A stretch of DNA of 64,000 nucleotides from Octopus vulgaris (GCA_951406725.2 OX597819.1:1612001-1676000); one strand, 5' to 3'. Positions 15,309 to 29,154 are shown, counted from the stretch's first letter. Made by a program: numbers and translations. Notes: a model not told the origin generated them from the sequence alone.

Positions 15309-16551
15309 GTACGTAATATAAGAAAAATTCTCTATATTTTGTTCCTGAATGAATGTAATTTGCAATTTGAAGACTATATTAAATAATGATTCAATTATTA
15401 TCATCTAATTTTGCTAGTTTCTTCTTTCCCATTACACTTCAAGTGTAGAATTTAAGAAAAACTAACTTTAGTTCGATTTCCAACTTAAATAGACCATAAC
15501 TTATTACATGTTTATTGAGTTTGGTTCTCAATGGAATTATATAATCATCATCAGCAAATGCAATTATTCAACAACACAATATAATTTCTAAGTGTAAAAC
15601 AAATGGAAGGTTGGCTTCTATCTTAGTAAAACGTTTGTATATAATTTCAATAAGTAAATGGATGACATCAAATTAAATTACGGAGCATTAAAAAGGCTAA
15701 ACAAAAAGTAATATATATGATGAGAAGAATATATTAATATATTATTTTCCCGGCAAGTACAGGAAACAGCTCCGGACAGGTTTCTGCTGTTTTGAGCATC
15801 TTATATCAATAGTGTTTTAAAATATTAGAGAACCATCTCTTTAGAAACTTTACAAAATGATGTGATAAGGTACACTAATCAATAAATTATTCAAATGTTG
15901 TAGAGTCAGTGGAACCTTGCGCATTTATGAAATAAATTATTGTCATAGTGAAATCCATATTTACCTTTTATACTCGGTGTTGTAGTAAATACCATCAGGC
16001 GCTAAGTAAATTATAGCAGTGGAACGAATCGTGGCTGCATCAACTATTGTACAAATAAAATATAATATATGGATTTATACCTTTTGAGTATAGATCCATA
16101 GAGACTTCGATCATAAGTGTGTAGATAACGTCATTAAAAAATGATACCTGATACTGTGTAAGGATATGCTATTCCAATATTCTTAGTTAGTCTATATATA
16201 ATTGCTGATGCGTAATGAAGCACCATTTTGACTATGACAGACCTTTACAAAAACTATATATTTTCACATATCTTCGTATATTTTCAAATATTGCTGGCAA
16301 TGTAGATCGATATGTATTGCCAGTTATGTTGAAAAACAGTGTTTTGACGCAAATATTTTCACGTAAGCTTCATGTGAACATTGCATAGCCGTAACATTTT
16401 CTAATATTAGTTTATGAAAATAGATATTATCCTTAATATATTGTTTTTTAGAGTTGATAAAAGAAAAAATTAAAAAGTAATGAATTTTTAAAAACAAACC
16501 ATATTTTAACAGTGAACTTGTTTTTAATGGCTAATTTTTTTAATTTGGCAG

Positions 16552-16661
16552 GTTTGGACGGACCATCTTTTGAAATGGGATCCAGAAGAACATGGCAATA
16601 TTTCAAACATCCGCGTTCCATCTGACAGAATCTGGCTACCCGACATCTTATTATACAACTT
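16552..16661 (+). CDS. nAChR alpha subunit, 110-nt exon (loop A)
   Basis: ttggcAG acceptor (16550-51) and GTAAGT donor (16662). Reads [36 protein letters not shown](F), with the WxPD.LYN motif. In frame with both flanking exons; too short to appear in the ORF track. Confidence 0.96.
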
Positions 16662-17094
16662 GTAAGTGCTTCTCATAGCTTATACATGCACATAAATATA
16701 CTAAATGTATATATATATATATATATACATACATACATACATACATATATACATACATACATACACACATATATGTATACATATCCATTCATCCATCCAT
16801 ACATACATACACACACGCACACACACACACATATTATGACTGCTTTGTATATACAAGTTATGTCGTCTATGATATTGTCTGAGGAAACCTATTACGTCTT
16901 CTTTGAGCAATAGCGAACAAATTATTATTTCACCCAGCTTTTTCTCACATAAACACACTTAGAAAGAATGTGTTTACATTCTAAATATATTTTCCTTCAG
17001 AACCAGATTTTCCAATATATTTCATCTCTCTGGTTCACGCTGCATTATGCAAAAGACGTATATATCATTCAATTTATGAAAAGCTGTCATGAAG

Positions 17095-17795
17095 TGCAGC
17101 CTCTACTGGACTGGTAAACGTTACATCATGTCAGACGTCGATGGTTATGTATTTCCAATCCAAGAACAGGAGATTGCTACGAAATATCTTGTCAACAAAA
17201 GAGACAATGAAGTATTTGGGGTTCCACGATGCAACCGAAAATGTAGATTATGCAATGTTTCTGTGGAAGACATCGCACTTGTGATCAGAATCTATCGATA
17301 AATATCTTCAAGGCACTACTCGATGTTGTTTCCAAAACAGTATGCAATACCATTCGAAAAAGACTGTCCTGGAATTAATATAGAGAATATCCCTGTCCTT
17401 GAAAAGATAAGCAAACATCAACGAAATGAAAGTTAGTGGAACATTGTCATCAAAACTTTTGTAAACATAACAGACCGGATACTCTGTCTGGGACAGACAA
17501 GAAAAGTATGTAGCAGCACAGAGGTCAGCTGCCCAGCTGATGCGAATGTCTAGGATACTTACGGTCAACTAATTCGAAACTCCAGTTTATACATCCAGAT
17601 TATGGACTCACATTTATATCAATACTGATTGGTGCATTTGGTTTTCTGAGAAAATGCCTGCGTGAAAATTTGGATAAGCTAGGACTTTCAGAAAGAGAAA
17701 TCAACCAGCAACTTCGCACATTACAAATGCAATTTTTAACCGATGCAGTAAAAATATGTAAGGCCTTTCACAAGTTTAAAATGTGCATTTATCTA
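17095..17795 (+). mobile_element. 3' fragment of an R4/Dong-like RLE LINE (zinc-knuckle/endonuclease region)
   Basis: GYVFPIQEQEIATKYL..KCRLCNVSVEDI and C-terminal LQMQFLTDAVKICKAF; disrupted. Confidence 0.7.
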
Positions 17796-17995
17796 CACAC
17801 ACGCGCGCGCATGCGCATGTGTACTTTCTCTCTTGTTTCTGTTTTTAGTTCTTGGATAGCTTCCTCTTAGGAAGGGGCTGATTTCTAACAAGAACAGAGA
17901 TACAAAACTTCATCGTTGAAATGTAGATAACGAAGATAAATGCACATTTTCAACTTGTGAAAGGCCTTGCATATTTTGACTGCCCCGGTTAAAAA
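17733..17995. repeat. Inverted duplication of a LINE 3' end (about 62-bp arms, about 140-nt spacer)
   Basis: 17733-17794 (tttttaaccgatgcagtaaaaatatgtaaggcctttcacaagtttaaaatgtgcatttatct) is the reverse complement of 17934-17995 with about 5 mismatches. Confidence 0.9.
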
Positions 17996-18344
17996 AGAAA
18001 CATATATATATATACATCGCGAGTATGTGGTACATGTAAAGTATTAGCAGACGCTCAGGAGAGGAAAGAAAGATGGTTTAACGTTTTGAGCAATGCTCTT
18101 CTTCAGAAACAGAGGAAAGTCCAATACAAAGGAAGACGGAAGGAGAAAATCGCCAACGATCCACACGTGGTTACATTTTGAAATATATATGTGCATACAT
18201 ACATAGATATACATAGATACATAATACACATAAACATACGCACACATACATGAATGTATTAAAGTATGAGTATTACTTTATTACTTTCTCAGTGATCATA
18301 GTATCACATTTTCAGCATTTGCCAGGCAACGTAAGCAATTATCT

Positions 18345-18490
18345 TTTATCTTTGACCTGTTTCAGTCATTGGATTGCGGCCATGATGGGGCACCGCCTTG
18401 AAGAGCTTTTAGTAGCATGAATTGACCCCAGTATTCCTTTTTTGTTTGTTTATGCCTGGCACTTATTCTGTCGGTCTCTTTTGCCGATTT
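18345..18490 (-). mobile_element. SINE 3' fragment (same family as 46793-47240)
   Basis: tgtttcagtcattggattgcggccatgatggggcaccgcc...ctcttttgccga is the reverse complement of that family's tail. Confidence 0.7.
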
Positions 18491-19375
18491 TGTGATTGCT
18501 TATGGACACCTACTTGTATTAGGCTTCTACTAAAGCAATTAAAAGCATAACATATTATTTACATTGTTTCTTGTTTCTTACCTCGACCCCTTAAAATATA
18601 GGGCCTGTTAAGCATATTGAAAAGAAAGCAAGAATCGGGATCCTACGTCGTAAACTATAAAATAATTTCATTTGAATGTTACTTGACAACTGTTTGTAAA
18701 ATTAATTTTTTCAGGAAGTGCACGGGTGCCAAACGATATTTGCAAGTCTCCAACATACTGGATATCTATTGAAATACAATGTTGGATCGTACAATATAAA
18801 TAGGTTGTCAGACATGTCCTTAGATGCATTATGATTCTCACATTTATAGAATGATTAAATATCAGGCTTTCGAGTACATCCTGGTACTCGAAATCCATTT
18901 CATTATATATATATTTAGTGCTATTGCAACCATTTTTTTAACAAATGTCAAAATGATTAAAACACAAAACGAAAGTAGTTCATGTTTTTAATATTTAGTA
19001 TAGAGCAACACCATTTATTAGTAATTTAAATTGATTCTTCTTTCAGTACTGTGCTGTATAAAATATTTTATGCGGTTACAAACATACTTTAATAAGTTTA
19101 CATTATGACTCAGATATTCTTATTTTTGTAAAGCATTGAAGAAAAGTATACTAGTCAGTATACAAGTCACTATATACCTAAAATACTGCCCTATTGATAT
19201 ATTTAGACAAATTCACTTTTCTTACTTGGTGGCTTTTTATGTTCCACATCATAGTCGTATAGATATAATTTGATTCGTGTTACTTGTAAATGAATTCATT
19301 TCCATAAATAAAATATATAAAAAAATATTACTTAATAAATTCTTATCTTTTATTATATCATTTTTCTAATTGCAG

Positions 19376-19827
19376 TGCTGATACTCGTTTGAAAGAACAA
19401 CGGGAGGCTTTGGTCGTGGTTAACTATACTGGCGGTACTCTTTGGATGCCTCAAGCGATTCTTAAAAGCTCTTGTTTCTTCGACATCACCTTTTTTCCGT
19501 TTGACGACCAAGAGTGTAAGCTCAAATTTGGTTCGTGGACATATGACGGATTCAAGGTGGACGTGGTGTTTCGCTCTGCTCCGAAAATGGATTTAAACGA
19601 TTATATGTTAAGTAATGAGTGGGATATCATGGAAAATGTCGCGGTGAGGAATGTGCGAAAGTATGCGTGTTGCCCAGAGCCCTATCCCGATTTAACTTTT
19701 CGACTTCGACTACGAAGAAAAGTAGCTTTTTACAGTTTTATCCTCATCCTCCCCTGTGCTCTTTTATCTTTGTTAACGTTGGTTATCTTCTGGGTTCCAC
19801 CAGAATCTCCAGCTAAACTTCAGTTAG
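19376..19827 (+). CDS. nAChR alpha subunit exon: Cys-loop, loops B/C, M1 and start of M2 (predicted anion-selective, PAK filter)
   Basis: ttgcAG acceptor (19374-75) and G|GTAAGT donor (19828); 452 nt. Contains the Cys-loop CFFDITFFPFDDQEC (C-x13-C), loop B SWTYDG, loop C YACCPEPY (vicinal Cys = alpha subunit), M1 FYSFILILPCALLSLLTLVIFW, then VPPESPAKLQLG. Confidence 0.97.
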
Positions 19828-20339
19828 GTAAGTAGAATTTTATTATTACAATTTAAGTATTTTCAAGGTCTGCATATAAATAAATGTTATTGATACAAAT
19901 TTATTATAATAATGGGCGATGATAAATAAAATTTAAACGAATTTGAAGGAACATCTCGTGTAAAGAAGATATTTATACTCTTACAAAGATATCGATTGAC
20001 TAGTGCAAGTTAACTAGTCATATAAATGTTTTGGATCCCTATTGATTCTATTTCTCTTAGAGCATAGTCTTTATTTCCATTTGTTGCAAGCATACATACA
20101 TATTTACATATATTGTGTCGAAATCAATCGAGTCAGAATAGGAGACTATTCAATCTTTTGTGTAATGAGTACTTTCCCAAAAGTTTTGAACTTACAAACC
20201 TAGTAAAAGACAAGAAAAAGAAAGAAAAACCGCAACACTGGTAAATTACAAAAACAAACCAAAACAATACTAAAAATATTGGTTGGCTTCATTGGATAAA
20301 TGGGAAGAAGCGTTCGTTCGGCGAAGAAAATTGGAGTAA

Positions 20340-21270
20340 TCAGGCGGTAAATTTAAACTGGTGAATGACACATGAATTACTAATACCTACATTATGGTAA
20401 AGCAGGGAATAGTTCAACCATTGATCGTGCAAAACTATCAAGATAAATCTCAGAGGATTTTTTTAACTGAACCAAGAACTTCGCTTATCCTACAAAAATG
20501 TAAAGGATACTCGCTCAGTCAATGACTCGAAGATGATAAGTATTTACATTTCACTGCGAAGCAAATTTGCAGCGAGTTACGTTCTTTGAAAAGAACGATA
20601 GAGCTCTACTGAGCAGATCTGGTTATCAAAATATGCTCAACAGATAAGGCATCAACAGGCAAGTAGAATGTGCCCTAGAGAAAACTACTAAAAACATGGA
20701 CCACGGACAAAACAAAATCGATAACAATAACACAGCTATGAAATAGAATACCGCCGCTACAAAGTCATACGAAAAATAGAATGCATGCAAAATTCAAATT
20801 GCTCAGAACTTACAGCAAAATTTAATGAGAACTTCTAAATATAAGAACATACATCTTCAAGCTACTAAAAGAAAATGATTCGAACAGGAGTCAATAGAAA
20901 ACTCATTGACTTGATGTTATCTGTGGTCTATCAAGTTACTAAAGAACACCTAGCACAAAATGAAACCCCCAGAGTTTGGACATTGAATGTTTTGCTGTAT
21001 TGTGTTGCATAAATCATTCAAGTATTTGGAGATCTCTCTAAATGATAACACAACCGAAGTATGTGACCTATTTACTGAAAAACGGGACAAACTACGGAGA
21101 AACATTGTGCAACTGGTTGCTATGATTAGGTGCAAAGTGAATAATGCATTCACAAATCCCTAGTTACGAGTTTATGAAGGTTACCTGAAATGTACGTTAA
21201 GAGCCGACAAAAGACATTGAGCGTTAGAGAACTATTTGACCGAATCAACTATAAGCGTGTGATACGCTGG
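20340..21270 (+). mobile_element. Highly decayed Penelope-like (GIY-YIG) remnant
   Basis: Degenerate resemblance near 21050-21150 to the GIY-YIG CxxCG.xYxGET..L..R region; heavily mutated. Confidence 0.3.
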
Positions 21271-21429
21271 TACAGAAAAAAATTCATGTGAAGACAACGA
21301 AATCGTGCTTTCAACACGTGTACTATAGAGGCAAGCAGATCTTTTTTAGATCAATCTAAGCATATTCACACGTAAACCTACAAAAAGGCACACATTAATT
21401 AACTCAAGTATTCATAACAGTCCGTGAAT

Positions 21430-21701
21430 CTGTCTGTCTGTCTTTTTGTCTGCCTATCTATCAATCTATCTATCTACCTACCTACCTACCTACCTACCTA
21501 CCTACCTACCTACCTACCTACCTACCTACCTACCTACCTACCTACCTACCTACCTACCTACCTACCTACCTACCTACCTACCTACCTAATTACCTACCTA
21601 CCTACCTACCTACCTAATTACCTACCTACCTACCTACCTACCTACCTACCTACTTACCTACCTACCTACCTACCTACCTACCTACCTACCTACCTACCTA
21701 C

Positions 21702-21735
<34 letters not shown>

Positions 21736-21778
21736 GTATTCATACATTCATTCATATGTATGCGTATGTATATATATG

Positions 21779-21830
<52 letters not shown>
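21430..21830. repeat. (CCTA)n/(TCTA)n/(TA)n compound microsatellite
   Basis: Directly visible. Confidence 0.95.
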
Positions 21831-21835
<5 letters not shown>

Positions 21836-22496
21836 ACAAAAATAATCAGTTGAAATGAATATAGTCTATCCAAAATCAAAACTGAAGACATTATCCACAT
21901 TGTTGTAAAGCGAAGAAACAATGAAAAAGAATCCATGGCGACGATTGATTAACAGAATACTGATGCTGGCCTGCATCAGAGACGGCTCGATTGGTCTTTT
22001 GGCCTTACACTCAATTCCGACGACCGAATTTGCACGTCAGAAGCATGCATACATACATATATACATACATACATACATACATATATATTTATACATACAT
22101 AGGTGCAGACATACATATATGCTTGCATGCATACATGCATACATACATTCATGCATGCTTGTACTACAATCAGGTCGATATTAAGACGGATGTAATTATG
22201 TCTCTCTCTGAAAGCAACATACTGTGTTATGGTAAGGCTGAGCAACCAAATGTAGGCAAGGTTATATAGAAATATTACTAAATATCTAGAAAGTACATAT
22301 ACTGTGGCATTCAAATATTTATCGACAAATTAGACAAGCGACGCTACAGACAAATTGTTGCACAGGTACATTTATAGCATTGAATCTCTCTTACAAAAAG
22401 CTAACTGAAGATATGAATAACCTTCAATTTAATAGTGATAAAAATTTGTCTGAACATTATCCCATATATATATGCGCGTGTACATTCACGCACACG

Positions 22497-22539
<43 letters not shown>

Positions 22540-23369
22540 ACACACACACACACACATACACACACACACATACACACACATTGTCGACAATGTGCTTAAA
22601 AATATAACTTAATAATGAACGGACAAAATCACGTTGGCTAAAAGCTTCCTTTAAGCCATTCGTGACTGGAATCAAAGTATACACTAAAATCTGAAATATC
22701 AAACATCCTGGATTAACCAAACTAAACGTTTTATCAAATATAAACTGATGCATATGATTGAATGATCCGTTTGAACACAACTTTACTATCTTTTCGTAAA
22801 CAAATAGAGATACGTAAAAGAATAATAACTTTAATGCCAACAGGGATGTACATGCAGTAGCACGCCTGAACAGTCGTAGGCTAACTTATGCCTACTCAGC
22901 GACAATTCATCTGCATTTCAAAGCTTAGCTGAGAAATCAGAGGATACCGAAATGTGTTTAACACCCTGTAAGTTATTTGGGATCCTATTAGCATAGTGTT
23001 GAACGAAAAAATAAGAAGGATAAAAACAGCATATAATTTTGAACTTTTGAAAAACAGGCCAATCAAATCAATGGAAATCAATCAATCATTCATTCAATCA
23101 GTCAACCAATCAATATGTGTTTGTGTGTGTGTGTCCAGATATACTTGTCGGCCATCACATTGTTCATTCAACGGAAACAGCTGAGCTCCATCATTGAAAA
23201 TACAAACACCTTGAACCAGTGTAGGCCAGTCACATAAAAATATGTTTTCATACTTATGAAACGCAATACAGATGGTACATTCGCGAAACTTCAGGAACAT
23301 ACAAAACTGAAATTAGAAACCAAGTTTGTAGACAAAAGTTACTAAAATTACTAAGTGGAGTAGGTTTCC

Positions 23370-24780
23370 AAGAGGAAATATTTTAGGGTGACAGCTTATG
23401 CATAATATCTTTCATCCTGCCAGTGGACCCCTTGTCAGCCCCCTAAAGGAAAAGCAAAGTCTGGACGATAGGATCTTCACAAAGGAAGAACGTTTGTAGA
23501 CCAAACAAATATGGATATTAATAGCTTATCTATCTTCTCCATCTCCATTGAATGAATGTTACAGGTACCTCAGAATTGAGAAGAATATAGCGTATGTTGA
23601 TGGAGTGAGCGAAGCTAGAATGACAAACTAACGCTTTAGCAAACTTTGAATATTACAGAAGTCAGAGTTGTTCACATTCAATAAAAGCATATCCCACAAT
23701 ACTTTCAGTGTACTGGAGTTTATATCAACATACATAGAAACTTGAAGAAATACACAACTTGAATGCTAACAACTACCGGTAACTTCCACACCAACTGTCA
23801 GGATCTACATTAAAAGTGAAGATGGAGGAAGAGGCTAAATATGACCCCTGATGGTATTTGAGGGCCGCGACTATCATTTAGACAACGCCTGGTGAATAGT
23901 AGAGAGAGATTGTACTTAGCAACAAAAGTAATAAAATTCATGTGATTAGGCCAACATCACCTGCACAGGTACTCCGAGTGTACAACATTTCTATGTGAAC
24001 AAAAGGCAGCTGGACTGACATATTTAAACAAAAACTAGGCGGAGAAAGTTATGCATGGACACATATACCACAAGCTACAGAATACTAGCATTGATAGGAA
24101 TAGCAGCATCTCATGGACCTGTGATAGATACATCACAACTCATGGAAAAGCAACATCTTTGCAATCCAGGAACAGGTGACACCCACTAATGTTTTGACCA
24201 GAGAGAGAGAGAGAGAGAGAGAGGTAAAGATGCATCTAAATCTCCACTTTGTGACAGATCATGCCGATCGGGCCATACTACTTTTGATGATCTCATACCT
24301 TGCAGCAGCTTTCTAGTAGAGTCCGCAAGACGCTACCTATCTATGATATACAACATTATTACTAAAATTATCTACTGTGCTATCTTCCTATGATAATGAA
24401 AAGCACACAAAAACCAGAATGTATCCGCATTTTTAAAAATAGATATATTGCTAGAGGAACAGTCTGACAAAACACCAACCTAATGTAAACACAATAGTCC
24501 AAATATTGCTCTTTGGAATTGGAACTAAAAGTCAAGTATTATTGTAAGGCAAATGAGAACAATTGCAGAGAAAATAAAAAGAGGAATCTATAGTACTTAT
24601 AATCAAGTTATAAATGTTCATCTGTGCTTGTTACCATAGGCGCACTAAAGTATACAACCACATATTTGCATAAAAGCGTAGATATGTCGGTGTTCTCAAA
24701 AAAAAAAAAGAACAAAGCAAACTGATTTGCATTCTCCAAACGATTAGAGGTAACATTTTCAAAATATCCCATTGGTTCTC
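23370..24780 (+). mobile_element. Decayed R4/Dong-like LINE (RT to endonuclease)
   Basis: IF*GDSL (RT), YL.IEKNIAYV, KVMHGH, SWTCDRYITTH..IFAIQEQ; same family as the 17095 fragment. Confidence 0.7.
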
Positions 24781-26290
24781 CTTTTGAGGCTCCTAGGTTG
24801 AACACAAGAGCAATTCACTCGTACACATGGAATTCACACACTCAGTCACAAGTATACAGACGCATAAACAGCAATGAAGCAGACACTCCTGTGTATTAAA
24901 GGAGTACATTCACTACATTAGAGCAAGTTTATCTATACATAGAATGGTATATTTGCACACACCAACAAATTCAAATATCCAAATTTCCCCATGTGCTTTC
25001 TTGATTTAAACAAAAGCGCTGTTGTGTAAGCAGCTTGAAACCTAAGGAAAAATAATTGAAATAAATCCTAAAGAAATGTATACATACATAGATACATACA
25101 TTCATACATACACACACACATACATACACAAAAAGGGAACTAATATAATCTAATGACGAATCTACAGTTATTCCACTCGGAATGAAATTTAGGTTTATTC
25201 CTATAATTATTGGCAAACTTGGATACGTAACTTGCTGCCACAGTAGGAATCTCGAAAATCTGGACTTTACAGCAATGATCTATTAACGCTACTGTGAAAA
25301 TACGCAATTTAGTATTTAGTAAGTGCAAATGTACAAGCGTAGGCATGCAAACATTAGTACACGTACACATACAAAGAATACTTAATACTCCACACATACA
25401 ATAACAACAAATCTTGCACACGTATATATGCTTATAAGTTGATACATATCCATTCATTCACTCTGAAGGAATCACTAGAACTAAATATGCGGTTTGCTCT
25501 TTATTTCATATCGTTATGCATACAGTTCTGCATCACAGGATGTTAATACTGAATTGCAAAGATGAGTAGAAATTTCCGTACTACTTAGTTTCATACTAAT
25601 CGTACAGGCTTTATTAATATAACATTTGCTTATTTTTCTGAAGTTAGTCTGAGCTTTGATGATCGCGCGTTTTCAATAATTATATCTCGAAGTTAGTGAG
25701 ATCCAAATCATTATAACACATTACAACTGACTAAACTAAAAAATGTCATAAATGTAGTCGAAACATGAGGTTTGCCATAAACTTTTTAAGATATATTACT
25801 GGGCTTCTTTCTGTTTGTATGTAACCATTATGGCGCGTATGGGTAGTTTTTTTTGTGTGTATACATACATTTACACACACATATATATATATATATATAT
25901 GTACTTACATATGTATATATACATATATACACATACATACGTATATATGTATGCATATATATATAGACACAAACATACACATGCATACATACATACATAC
26001 ATACATACATACAAACATACATACATACATACATACAAACATACATACATACAAACATACAAACATACATATATACATACATACAAACATACATACATAC
26101 ATACATACAAACATACATACATACAAACATACATACATACATACATACATACATACATAATACATACGCACATATGTGTGTGTGTGTGGGGGGGCTAACT
26201 TTAAACAATAATATATTTAGATTTTGTACTATTGTTTGATATTAAGATAGCGAAAAATACTATTTTGACAAGTGTATCATCATCGTTACT

Positions 26291-26322
26291 ATTTTCTTGT
26301 ATTTTTCTCTTTGTAGGTAAGT
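26291..26322 (+). other. Candidate recursive splice site (zero-length exon, AG|GTAAGT)
   Basis: attttcttgtatttttctctttgtAG is followed directly by a perfect GTAAGT donor, on the sense strand, about 6.5 kb into the long intron after the M1 exon. Confidence 0.55.
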
Positions 26323-26699
26323 GTCATTGGGTTTTCTTGACGATTTTTCTAGATGTCACGTCTTCTGCATCGGTTAAGTGTCAGGTTGGTGTGCATATAT
26401 CTTTATATACTATTTTGTGTATTAGATTCAAAATTTCAATGAAAAATATTAATCTTTTTCAATTTTGCCTTTGCAGGTTACTTTTTTAGATATAAGCTTT
26501 TCTTATTTAACCATATTTTATATTTATATCTACAGACAACGTTTAAATTTTAAACCGTAAGGTATTGTTTTAGCTCAAAATTAGTTTAGTAAATCAGTTT
26601 ATAGAAATTAGTTTAAAATTACATTTTCTAAGCAGTGTATGGCTCATAAAGCCGATATGAAATCCAGCCTACGTCTCCTTCGTCGACGCTGCACTGTAA

Positions 26700-28163
26700 T
26701 TATTGCTATACTATACCCCCTTCACACCGGTTTCACTTACGCATCAATTTGTTTGTTTCCATACTCATGTATCTTTTCTCATGCCTTTCTGTTTTGAGTC
26801 TTTCTTCCGAATTTTGTTATGGGGAGATTAAGCTTTATTCTCAAAATCGTCTCTCTGTATTCTATAGATTGAAATTCACGCTTTTCGACTAATTTGTGCT
26901 GGTAATTTTTAAGTAATCCAAATCTACCCTTTTCTACGATCATCTTTTTAACAACAGAAGTTTCAGTTCAAATTTCTTCCTGATAATTAGTAAATAAGGG
27001 TCGGCTTTCTTCTTGAGATTCTTTACAGTTATTTCACAGAATTAGGCAAAGAACGCTGCTCTGATTTGTGCGAAAAATAGGTTACGCTCCAACAACTTTT
27101 TCTTTTGATAGCTGAGTGTAGAAGAACCTCTAGGTTTTGCAAGCTTTCTAGATCATTAATCTCTTGAAACTTTTCAAATCAATAGTTGAATAAAGACATG
27201 AGAAGTTCGGAGGACTAAACTTCTGTGAAAGGAGTGTTGAGCGTAGTGATTAGTGCGGAGTCTGAGAGTTTGGACAAAGGGAAGCGGAGAGATGAGTGGG
27301 AAGGAAAATGCATGAGTAGAAATAGCCTCAGCTCAGCCAACGCCAAGGAGCAGAGACCATCATAGTTGGGAGTAAGAAAATAGAAAAAGGAGACATCGCG
27401 TTTGTGGGCTAGAGGCTGGATTATATTTTCTGGATGACTTTATACCAATAAGGAGAGTGGAATACTCCATTAATAGTTCCGCCAGAGATTCGTTGGGTGC
27501 CAATAACTGTAGGGAACTGCATTGCTTTCTGGTCTTAATTAGCAGAGCCAGTCGTGATGCAGTACTAGATATGTTTAGGATATACTTTCGCGAGGAAAGA
27601 TCCCCGGAGATCATCAAATCCAACATTTGGAGTGATTAAGAGAACTTTAGCTGCGTGCTGCTCATCGTTAAGGCTTAAGTCATGTTATGATGCTTTATTC
27701 TTATGTGAATAACTTGTGTGTGTTCTTGCTGCTGAAAGAGACAATATTTTCATGTAGGTGGATACATTCGGATCTATGTTAATGAAGCCAGTGTGTGTTT
27801 GATGTGTGGTGTGAAGCTGCGAGTGGTTGATGCATGGTTGTAGAAGGTGTGCAGTAGTGAGCATTGTTCTATATCATGTGCATAAGAGTGAGTGTTTGTG
27901 GAGGTGACAGTAAGTACATCATTGATGTAAAGAAGGAAGAAAGTGAGGAACACTGAAATTGATAGGAAGGGAACACACGCATTCGAAAGTTTTGTTGAGG
28001 CCGAGGGCGACAACGATGCTTTCACCAAGTTTCTTCGAAACATGTGTCCACTGTTAGGTGACATTGTGGATCTAGCTCTAAGGAAACCGTACTAGTTATC
28101 AGCAGGCGGACAGAGAGACGGGAGGGAGGAAGAGAGAGATATATATAGAGAGTTAGAGAGAGC

Positions 28164-28206
<43 letters not shown>

Positions 28207-28330
28207 TGAAAGACATCGATGACAATGGCTATCTCCATTATCTTAGTCATATTGGAATTAAGAGCGATAAAGAAATAGTTGTGAGGATCAGAGCATGGAA
28301 CATAATAGCGTTGTTGCAAGTATTAGGTGA
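26700..28330 (-). mobile_element. Decayed Penelope-like retroelement RT region
   Basis: Minus-strand fragments such as DLMISGDLSS and TTLNTPF resemble PLE RT; interrupted by (GA)n at about 28165-28203. Confidence 0.4.
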
Positions 28331-29095
28331 AATTGAACAACATCAAAAAGACAAAACAAAGCAAAAATAAAACTTAATGAAAATACTTATTGGTATTACT
28401 TTGACTGAATAAGTAAAAACAATTCTATAAGTGGACATTGCGAATATTAACGAGCTTATGTTATTATAGTAATTATACGGAATCAATCAACAAAAGTGAC
28501 TCAAACTATCATTTATATACTACATTCATTATTTTCCCACTGCCACCATTGAACTGAATGAATATGGCTACCATGCTTTGATAAGGTCATGAAAATTTGC
28601 CAGTTTGCTAATCCGAAATATTAATATTGATATTGGAACGCTGTAGAATTGTTGCTTTTAACGTTTGTGGTTTTTTTATAAAAAAAATAAACTAATCTAG
28701 AATGAGAATTAAAATACCAACGACACGAAACTATATCATTCTTTAACCAATTGTTAGTTTTACTCGAACGATTTTAAATACGCATTCAATTTAACTATTT
28801 TCTTGAAATATCAAAATATTTTTGATGAGATTTCAATGATTGACGTGCAGCTTATAAAGAACACAAGGAATATTGATAAATTTAAAATGGGTTGGTGGAT
28901 GGGTGTGACGGTGGCTCAGGACACTAGGATAATTACAGCTTAAAGGAATCAGAAATTCTTTAGCTGATTTCAGAGAATATACTTTCCCAAATATGAGTTT
29001 AATTTTGCCATACAAAATATAGGATATATAACTGCATAGATAGTAACTTCTTTCGAGCCTGGAGGGCTGCGAGGCTAAAAGACAAAGTGAAGCGA

Positions 29096-29154
<59 letters not shown>

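Noticed and set aside
19376-19827. Cephalopod chemotactile receptor (CR)
   Set aside because: CRs lack the canonical ACh site and vicinal cysteines; this gene keeps YACCPEPY and the full aromatic box.
26317-26489. Possible next coding (M2) exon of the receptor
   Set aside because: The in-frame peptide GKCHWVFLTIFLDVTSSASVKCQ does not resemble M2/M3; better explained as a recursive site or cryptic exon.
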